Shown: in pieces, positions 38,036-48,224 of the stretch
Layout of the letters: every line of letters begins with the position of its first letter
Numbering within the stretch: position 1 is the stretch's first letter
Assembly: GCA_030704615.1 (NCBI GenBank)
Contig: CM060733.1
Span: 10,168,001 to 10,232,000 of the forward strand
Reading direction: 5' to 3'
From: Takakia lepidozioides
Taxonomy: Eukaryota; Plantae; Bryophyta
DNA: 64,000 nt
Notes under the pieces: generated by a model
The model's input: the letters and a program-made list of their open reading frames with translations, nothing else
What the model was told of the DNA's origin: nothing
The model's database searches: none
Made by a program: the position numbers and the translations under genes

Positions 38036-41000
38036 TTATGGGCTTGTATCCCGCTGTAGAAGTGTGTTGACTTCGTTGAAACTCATAGTGGCTTGGTGAA
38101 TGAAGAAGTCGCGCTTTGGATCACAAACCATCCTTCTCAAGAAGACGAAGTAAAGGTGTTTGCACGGTATAAACTTCCCTCTCTTTCCCAAACTACTTGA
38201 AAGCATACCAACAAAATCTGGACATGTACAATTGGGAAAATTGGAAACAATGATTTCGTACGTCCTGTCCTGCAGCGCAGATGCGGATGAGATCATGGTG
38301 AAGACCCAACCATACCCTGGATCAGGCACTTCCATTGTTCCCGCAACACGAGCGTGAAGCATTCTGGCGGACTCAATTTTGCCGTAGTGTTCTGCGGTTG
38401 GAGGGAATCGTCGAACAAGCTTCCCGTTCCGTCTGGTTGGCCACAAGTGAGCGTCAGGCGGAGGTACCCGTGAACCGCTTCCACTTGAAGCACCTTCACG
38501 TGCAATGGAATGTCTGGCTAGGGAGAAACCCGCCTCTTCCAGCATTGCAATCTCTCGGTGAGTGAGACCTGTGCCCATCTTCACAGGCCACACGGTTGGT
38601 GGAGTAGGCTTCCTTACCACGGAAGGCCTCACTGTACCATGCACACATCTCCCACAATCGTCAGCGCAGAACCAGAACTTGTGGTTCTTTGCCTCGCCTT
38701 GTCCGTAAGGGAGAAACAAACCCGTGAATGTAGGAGCTGCAGTGCGTTCTTTCCCTCTGGAGATTAATGATGTACATTTTTCATGATTGGTGGCCCTGAT
38801 CGCCGCGCATTTCACACGAGATCCAGCACTTGTGCGTTCTATATGCCAAACCTCGTCCAAGCCCATGGACTCGATTATATGCGGCACCACGTTGTGGTCT
38901 TCAACCATTGCAGTGACAATGCTTGATGCAGGGGTCCGGTTTGGGCCAGAGTAGCCCTCACCTGTGGATGTTCCGCAATTCCATCTCTGATCCAAGTGAA
39001 CACGTGGCGTCGAGAAGTTCACCCTGTCCGGCCTATGGGAATCTGCATCCGATCCGGGAGGGGTGTCCAATTTCCGTTTGCAAGACCCGAATCTTTCTTC
39101 GCCTTCCAGATGGGGAACTCTTCCCACGAGAGGGGTGCCATCTGCACATATGCTCACTGCCCGCGCTATTTTGCTGGGATCCCCTGATCTTCTAGCTGCT
39201 CACAACATCAACTCGCTCCTGTCCGGACCTTTGCCACCAAGGCCACCCCTCAAGAATGACCTATATCTGGTTTGCTGCTGCAGAGCACGAATGAGGTCAT
39301 CGGCCGTCGCCGCATACAAATCTCTCCCTTTTTTGCCGGATTGTTGCAACCAGGCATTGTGCACTGTCTCTGCAAGATTGCAAGAAGGCATGTCCGCCAT
39401 CTCCTCAATGGACATATGCTGCAAGGAAAAAAAACAGAAACCCGATATTAGGATTGGACCCTGAAAGATATATCCGAAGCACCCAAACGAAGGTGAATAC
39501 AAACCACTCACCGTTGTCATGGCCGCTCCCCACTGTCGGTAACGGAAGTGCCAAAATGCGAACCAGTCTTGTAGTGCCCTCATGCTGTCCTCCGATGCCG
39601 CTCCAGATGAGTACCACCAGGCACGAATTGTCTGGAACAATGTATTCGCTTCCCCCATAGTTTTGGCGTCCTTGTACTGGTTGCACAGTTGGCGATGCAT
39701 AGTCTGCATATCTGGCTTGATGTATGTCTTTGTGTGTTTGTCCAGGGATTGTGTCCAATGGAAAAGACATGTACGTTCTCTTCCAGGCATTGGCACTTTT
39801 GGGTCTCCCGTCCCGAACACAATGCGGACAGCGTTGAAGTTAGCTTGAGCACTATCGGCCATGAAACCAACGAAATTGGGAGATGGGAGACCATTGGAGG
39901 CCATAACTCGAATGAGAGCTTCCCACATGAGCTGTTGTGAATCTGTGTCCTCTGACTGCATGTCACACACTGCAATTGTCATGACCCGCTGGTACACAGG
40001 GTCGTAAACATGACATGCCATTGTGGTCCAGTCTTTAACCCTCTTGACATGATCGAACATAAGGAAGCAGTTGCCAAGATCACCACCCTTCTGCATACGT
40101 TTATCCAGGCTGACCCCGCTGCCCTCACCTTTTGTGGACATTTTGAACAAGAACACTTTCCTGGCTCCTTGTCCCGGGAAAACGCTGTCTTGGATGTAGT
40201 CATACATGCTCCTTTTCTTCAAATCCATAATATTGTCCATATAACCTCGGCTCCCAGAGCCCATTCTTAAAGCGTTCACCTGATTCCTAATGTTTGGAGA
40301 AGTCAAAGTTGAGAAATGGTCCATAACAGTGTCCAAAGCCGATCCCTCCAGTATTCCTCCAACCGAATTTGATGCACACAGAATACGGCTTTCCAGAAAG
40401 GACTTGCTCGCCCCCATGGCAATTGCAGATGTGGTTCCAGTTGGATTGGTATCCAACTCTTGCCTTATCAGACGCGAGACTGTGTCAACGCTCTCCCTAT
40501 AATCCCCCTTGGACACAGGGTGGTTGTGAAAACCGAAATGGACACAGGCTCTAGTCAGGGTTTTGAATCGATGCACCACATAATACATTCTGGCGCCACA
40601 CAAAGCAAGGCAGCAAGGTGGTACCCTACAGAACTTGCACACAAAAGTGTTACTGTATGGTGGTGTCCCCCCAGGCTTGAATGGATTCTCACTGACACCA
40701 TCCCATTCGCTTTGGTTTTGCACACCTGACAATGCGAAGTGTCTGCATTTCATATTCTCGCATTTCAGGTGCCCATTACAGACTGTTCGCCTGAATATGA
40801 GTTTGTCGTTGTTGTGAATATTGGAGGTTTTTGTGCGGCACCAAGGGTGCCCATCGTGCTTTTTGTCCATTCCTTCCAGGAGACTAGAAATGCCCCCCAA
40901 GCGACCAGGAGGAGGCAGCTCGAAAACAGTATTACCATCAAAAGATTCCGGCAAGAATGCCACCCTCTGAATATTGAAAGTGCTCCAGTCTATCCCCCTC

Positions 41001-41538
41001 AACTCACTCTTGAAACCTGCCATCCCTCCATGGCTTTCAGTTTAGGAATGACACTGGTGATCTCCTCCACATCTGCTTCTACAGGTGGACATGGCTGATC
41101 CACGGGCGGTATTGCACATGTGTCATCGGAGGATGAGTCCGAAAGCTCAACTACAGTGTTAACGGTACTCATCTCCTTCTTGACAACCACGGGTGTTTTC
41201 TCCTGGGCCACTGATGCTGCCGTGCCAGGAGTAAGGAAAGATCCTGCAGACTGTCTCAGAGGGGCACTGAGCACCCTGTATCTGCCTGGAGGCACTCTCC
41301 ATTGTGTGGCTGGTGTAGTATGCGAAGGTTTCTGGAACACGTACTTGAGAAGTTTTCCATTGCCATCGTACACTTCCCTTTGAAGGAATAGAGTTCCATT
41401 TTCCAACCGAAACTGCGTTGCGAGGACGTGTTCATGCACCAGCGCAAAACCATCATCTTCCACCTCGTAAGAAAATGGCACAGGGTGGTCCTCACTGAAG
41501 AAGTCCGCGTCAAGGCAGCCCATGGCTTGGGAGGCCAT
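38036..41538 (-). pseudogene. MULE transposase: GCM-like zinc DNA-binding domain, DDE core, SWIM
   Basis: WCRTKTSN...CNGHLKC...CxxC...CGAR...HFGFHNHP; MFDHVKR; FMADSAQAN; CLFH; CNLAETVHN; CTCPDF...PCKH. In-frame 93-bp GT-AG intron at 39419-39511, one in-frame TGA at 39200-39202, and a frameshift at ~41020. Confidence 0.85.
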
Positions 41539-42261
41539 ATGTCGATGTTGCTTCAGAAAGTAGAGTTCACAGTCCGACCGTGCTTGTGAATGCAAATTGT
41601 GTGGGAGCGGAGTTTTTGCAGTCCTCACAAAGAATTACAGGTATCGCTCCGGCTTGCAGATCTCCTAACGCGGGTTTCCACTTCTGTGAAATGTCTCCCC
41701 ATGAAAACCAAGCGCATGGTCATAATGTCAGCCCTAATCCTAGAATCCAACTGTTTTTTCACAAGTGCCCCACCAGTGCATTCGTTGACAGATTGACTGA
41801 CAGAGCCGCCGTTTGGTTGTCATGTCAGAGAGGCCAGAAGAGATGCCCATTTCCATTTAATTTTAACGGCACCTACACCGCTATACAACTGTACACACTT
41901 GACATTCCTCTGGAACATGCCAGAATAACGAACTTTTTCAGATGGGAGGTGATTAGACCCCAACGGTTTTTGAATGGATGAGGATCCAATGATCTCCGTC
42001 GATATTTCATAACGATTAGATGGACACGTGTTCGCCATGCATGTGGAATGAGTCAGTGGCGCACTGAACGTTGCGAGCGAACATCTTGGCGTTGAAGGCC
42101 TTGCGATGAACCTCCCATAGTCCTCTTTTTTCCCTCTTCTCGTTATTGTCTTTACAACCCTGGATTCTGCAGAGACGGTGACCCCATTCCGAGGGAGAAG
42201 CAAGCGTCGAAGAACACTTTATTTCACATCAAAGAAGCAAAGGGCACGCGCTAAGGAGAGG

Positions 42262-45200
42262 ATGAGGAAGGCGAGACGGGAACTTAGAATGGGAGAAGAA
42301 ACATCCGGCGTAGAGGAAGACGAAGGGCAGAATAGGATTCTGCAACCGCAGTGTGGAGAGGAAGGTCTTGAAGTGATCCCGGAGGCGACCGATGAGCAAC
42401 CTCCAATAGAAGGGGGGGAGGACGAGGAAGTGAGCTGGGCTAGGGAGGAAGCACTGCAAGTAGAGAAACAGGTCTTCAAAGAGCAGGGAGAACAAACGGA
42501 CGCGGAAACGATGCCGTCTGCCCTTGTTTCGCACCATCGGGACCTCCTTGGAAGCATGCTACCTCCAGACGAAATGGAAAGATTGAATGCGTCAGGAGCA
42601 TCATCAAGTGCAAAGAAGAAACCGGAGGTGGCTATGAACTCTCTTTCTCTCTCTCTGATTCTTTCTGGTTCTTGCTAAGCATTGAGGTCGACATCAACCT
42701 TGCGTCAACGCAAGGTTGAAGTCGACCTCCCAAGTGTATATATTGTGCATGAAAACAGTGCAGATGCTGCTCTACAATCAAGCTAGACAGACATGGATGC
42801 TTGCGACGCATCATCAAGTTCGAAGAAGAAGAAGACACAGCAATCAACTTTTCCTGTAGCTTTTGTGTGTGTTCAACACCGATCCGAGAGCTCTCAGCAG
42901 ATGAAGAGGTGTGCTGAGAAGAAGACAAGCACATGGTACAGCTTGACAAGGGAGGCTTTTCTTGAGTACATGTACACTGTAAGCTTTTTGACACCTTTTG
43001 CCTGTTAATACTGCAAATTTTGTGATGAAATTGCAGTCTTTGATTCTTTTTACCTGTTATGTATGCAGCAAAAAATAGCAGAAACTGGATTGAAGGCGAA
43101 AGCATAGTACTATGATTCCCACACAGAAGAGCAGCGGTCTGCAACTGGGCTTGAGGACATTATGAAGTTCGAGATGAAAAATCAAAGGAAGAACCTCATG
43201 AGTGCATTCGACAAACAGATCCGGATAGCAGACCCAGGTCTTGGCACGGAATTTCTGGAACAGGTGAAAGCACACTATGATAAGTATGGCTCCAAGCCAG
43301 AAATGACTCAAGAGAAACTACATCGCCTTTCCATTTCAATGGTGGACAATGCAACCAAAATCAGGTGGTTGGAGATATGGAATTCGGATCCTCTTGTGAG
43401 AGACACGAACATGTTCCCAACTCCAGAGAGGGACCCGAAGACACAAGCAATAAGAGTTGTTAGCGACCATACATTCGACCAGTGGCTACACAAAGCCACA
43501 GTCTGGAGCCAGGTAAGGTTTGAACCAAACCATTTTCAGACATTTTTGATGCTCCGTAACCTCTTGAAAATTCTTACGAGCTTTCTTGTTGCAGTTAGAA
43601 AAACGCGCAGTGGCTGCACTTGCTGAGTCGATGGCAGACTACAAAATCCAGATGGCTTGCCCCCGGATCACACTGGAGGCCTATATCAGGAGATGGAAGC
43701 TCGCTGTCTGGAACAACTGCTTCTTCACGGAGTTTGAGAAAGAGAAAGGAATCTCCAGGTCTTACGAATTCAAAAACCAGTACAACAACGAGCAAGCAAT
43801 GAAGCGAGTGTTGTACAGGTGTGACCTCCTTGAATCAAAATTGGTGCTTGAAGGGCATGTTTCTGCAATCTTGTGTCGTTCTTTCCATAAAGAATTGCGA
43901 ATTTGCAGTGCTTTGCGAGATCTCTGAGGGCTCTGCATGTGCAGTCGAGCAACATTGCGTTAACGCAAGGTTGTTTCCCATTGTCCTGGTTTCCCTTACC
44001 TATACCTAAGTATCCCATAATGCCATTTTTCTGAATGTGAAAGGGGATAAACTGATAGGAAAATCAGCCTTGCGTCAACGCAAGGTTGATGAAGTGGCAG
44101 GCTATGTAGCTTTTCCTGTTGTTTTGGGTAGTTCAAATCCAGTTCCAATGCTGCCAAGATGAACATAAGACTGTTTGGAGTCGGTTTGAAATGCTATTTA
44201 CAACTTTCACTGTACCAACAAACAGCCTTGCGTTGACGCAAGGTTGTTTGGCGGTATGGATTGCTGGAAATTTCCCGTAGCCATCCCCCGATTTCAATAC
44301 AATTGTAGGAAACATATGATTATCAGATACCATTGACATGTGTTTCAACAGAGGATTTCAACATTGCGCCAACGCAATGTTGAATATCCGCACCAGTACA
44401 TAGTCTGATGGTAGTTTTCAGGCAGTGTTTTCCATTTCCTCTCTGAATGAAAACAACCTTGCGTTGAAGCAATGTTGAATTGCGCTTCTCAGTCGTTGTC
44501 TCTATTAATACAACATTATCATTTGGTGTTCCCCATTTCTGCTCGAATGAACATTGCGTCAACGCAAGGTTGATTCGGGATTTCAAAAGTAGAATTCTCA
44601 GTGTTGCCTTCCTGCATTTCAATATCTTTTTCCGGATGTGTGTTCTTTTTCGTTTTCTGATCGAATGACTGTCTGGGTTTTTTGTGTGTGATTCAGGTAT
44701 ATGTATCATATCCTCATACCGGGAAAGTACCTTAGCGATGACCCAGACTTCATCTATTCATGGGCTGACCCCTCCAATGACAAGACAATGTACACGGCTG
44801 GTATTGCCAAAGACTGGAGCAGGGCGCACTTCCGAGACTGTGGGTGGTACCTCGACCTGCCAAAACAGGACACCCCATTCGATGAAGTTGTTTTGAGAAA
44901 CCTGAACGACAATGCCGCAGCGATTGCCCCATTGGCTGAGAAAGACATCCAGCACAGAATCATTTCGGCTCTGGCTGCAAAAGAGCCCGAGAAAACTGCT
45001 ACTCCAAAACGAAAGGGGAAGGTTGTCAGGGATCCGAAGGGGAAGGGGAAAGTGCAGCTCCGCAAGGACATGGACCGTCAGAGGTTCCTGAAAGACAGCC
45101 TTCTCCTGCAAGGAGGGATAGGAGAACTTCAAAGTCCAGGGAGCAAGTTTTCGAGGCGAGAGAACATCCCTCCAGGGTTTTGGGCCAGTTCAATCGTAAG

Positions 45201-46432
45201 GTGCTGAATGAAAGTTTTCTTTCAATGATGGAGTCGAGGAAGTCCACATTCAAAGGGGTGCCCTCAAAATCGTGGGACATGCTTGTTTCGTTCCTCACTC
45301 AGGTGAAAACTTATGTCTAAACTGTTGTATGAATAATTGTGTTTGGCAGCTTGTTGTGGCTTGTCCAGGGGATTGATCTCCTGTTAGATTTGGATTGGGC
45401 TTCTTACAATGTCTCATGTTTTTGGCTGTAGGTCACAAAAAGTCCGGAATGGGTGAATGGAGTTCAACAGGCATACGCGACTGACCTTGTGGTGCTGGAC
45501 ATTCCTGACGGTTTTGCTGTCCCTGATGTGTTTCCTTCCAATTCGACCCCGACTTGGAACAAATCGGATTCTCGTTACTGGCAGTGGGCTTTCTCGTTCA
45601 GCAACAAGTTCCTTTCGGACTCGGGGGCTCTTCTTCTCATGCAGTCAAAGGACATGTCGGCTCGAAGAACTCTTTTCAGCTACATGAAAGCTTCCGGGTT
45701 TCGTGTCATCAAAACTTGGACATGCATCAATACTCTGCCTCTTACGAAGGGCGAGTTCCCGGGGCAGAAAGTGAGTTGGTTCCTTTCAATTGATGTTTCG
45801 TGGTTTTCCGGTAAATCAAAATGGTGGGTTATGTCTTTTGTCTCATTCCCTCTTCGTGATTAATGACAGACACGAGTGTTCGAAGCTTTGTGCCTGGTGA
45901 GGCGGACGGACACTCTTCCTGCTGGTGTTGCTGAGTTTCAGTTGAGGGACCTTGCAGCTCACATTGACCCCACCTGCGAGCCTGTGGAGGATGATGTTAT
46001 CTTCAATTATGTCGACTCGGGTCGGACTATGAAAAGGACAAATGGTGTCCCTTGGAGAGGTGCACGGGAGAAATCTCCAGCTTTCATGCAGACTTTGGTG
46101 GAGACATGCAGCCGTCATGGTGGACGAGTGGTTGACTTGTCTATGGGCACAGGTGGGGCCCTTCACATTGTGTTTGACATATGGGCAGTGACCTTAGGGA
46201 AACCTGGTTTTTATTTCTTGTTCTTCTTGGATTTGCAGGAGCATGTTTTCATGCTTGCAAGAGCGCCGGAAGGCACTTCTTCGGCATGGAAGCTGATACA
46301 GAGCTCTTCTCAAGCGAGCTTCGTCAGCTTGAGTCGGGCACTACTTCTGCCCCATCCACAGAGGGACTTCTGGAGGAGCCCGAAGCGCCTGACGAGGATC
46401 TGGACGTGGACTCCGATTTTGAGTGTGAGTAA
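42262..46432 (+). pseudogene. multi-exon gene with C-terminal beta-class N6-adenine/N4-cytosine DNA methyltransferase-like domain
   Basis: GT-AG exons 45432-45770, 45870-46152 and 46239-~46430 splice in frame to DLVVLDIPDG...FLSDSGALLL...W...AREKSPAFMQTLVETCSRHGGRVVDLSMGTGACFHACKSAGRHFFGMEAD. Upstream exons (~42262-42627, 42763-42978, 43069-43511, 43595-43818, 44698-~45200) encode an unassigned region with an in-frame TAG at 43105. Confidence 0.75.
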
Positions 46433-47849
46433 GTTCTTGTGTACTCGTGCAAAATATGTTACATTTCCTTGTGTCGTTCCCATTCGAGAAATAGTGGCTT
46501 CCGTTGTCTATATCTGGATGTTAACATATACCACCATTTCTCTTCTTGCTTTGCAGAGTTCAGCACCAGTCATCGAATCAGCAGACGCCTTTCGGTTTCC
46601 AAGGATACTACATGTCCCCGAGTCCCCCTAGATCCAACCGCTTGCCGGTTTACACGGAAGCTTGCGCACGGGTATTATCCGAACAAACACTGTACTCGCA
46701 TCTCCATGAAGGTCGAGGAAAAAAAAACCGTCATGGATGTGCTGCTGTATTCATAGATGATATTGCTGTACACTCTGGAAGTGGTTCCTCTGAAACCTCG
46801 AATATTTCTTTAGGTTCAAGTACCGAGGCTCAATAAATTGTATTTTGGTTTTGCTTCCATCTCCAAACTGTTTTTCAAGTTCTTTGCGCGTTCCCGTAAG
46901 TACAGTTGGGGATTGCCTAAAATAGGTCTTCGGATTGCGGAATTGAAAAATGATTGTGTGTTGGAATGAATGTACTGCTTTGCCCAAAAAAAATGTTTGA
47001 TTTTAATATTCAGTTCTCTAGTGGACGATCTCCTCATTCCAAAGTCATGACCTCAATCATAATTCATCCGCAAACCTGCCATTGTTCTCGGCCACAAAGA
47101 ATATTCATGTGGGGGCCTTGAAGAGGGATAAAAAATTAGGACATAGGCGACAGCTGATCCGCGGTAATAGGGGGGGTAAGCACGGAATTACGGCCTGAAC
47201 ACGTGGAAGCTGGCTGACGTGGCGTGAGCCTAGCCAGGCTCACAGGCTCACAGGCTCACGCGGCCAGGCTCACGCGCAAGCATTCCCCGGAGACGGTAGT
47301 GGTTGAGATGTGATGTTTCAGGAAGTGCATCTGGATGTTTGAGGACCTTTGGACTGGATCCTGTTCCGTTCACACTCTCCGCAGTTCCCAGACATGTGGT
47401 GGCAGAGACGTCCTCCCCTGAACAGTCTCATCGGTGGACATAAATTCTGCAATGTATACACACCCCCACGTGCATATGCTTCCGCGATTTCCGCTATCGT
47501 GTTACCAATGGTTTCCTGCTCCATACGAAGGAGCTCAGACTTGGACACACACCACAAACCGTAAACACATGCAATTTTTCCACATATCGTCCTAAAAAAT
47601 AAGCACGTCAGCACAAAACGAAGGCGAAAATAGTTAAAGCATATGCACGATGGTGGCTGTAGAGCCCCGCCAGCCCTCTCATGTTCAGGCACACCCTTCA
47701 TCGTCATTAAAATCGCCCTAAACAAGAAGAACAGCCGCATGCGTGCAAAGTCACCTCCGCAACATTGGACAACAAAGAGCCGCAAGAACGAGACAACAAG
47801 AACGAGTGGGCGAGTTCGTGGCAGGATGTTACGATCTTCCATGCCCTAA

Positions 47850-48224
47850 ACATGGATGGCGCGGATGGGTTTCTCAGAATGGACGATCCAGATCCTTCGG
47901 CCGGCGTGGACTGGCAGACTGGGTGGCAGCAGACGGGCTCATCGGACTGTTGGGTGGACTTGCCGGGACTGGCACAACGGACTGGCGTGCACAACAAACT
48001 GGCGATTTGGCGGACTGAGGGGAACTGGACTCACGGGCAGCGGACTGGCCGCGCCGGACTGGGGGCGAGGCTGCCGCGAGCGCGTCTGGTGGGCCGCGGC
48101 AGCAGCTGGGCGACGGGCGGGCGGGGGGGGGTCCGGGTGGGGGGAGCCGGGCGTCCGTGCGCGGGGCCCACCGGTCAGCTCGCGCGTACGCCATAACGTC
48201 CCAATTATTGTAAAATGAGAGGCA
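47850..48224 (-). repeat. right TIR of outer MULE
   Basis: Reverse complement of 21174-21522 with indels. Confidence 0.9.

Larger units (their letters stand above)
37395..47288. mobile_element. Inner MULE with degenerate ends, 10-bp TSD GGAGACGGTA, transposase plus amino-methyltransferase-like gene
   Basis: ggagacggta at 37385-37394 and 47289-47298. The ends share gct..cgcgtgagc in inverted orientation, plus GTGAGC / TGACGTGGC subterminal repeats. Confidence 0.88.
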
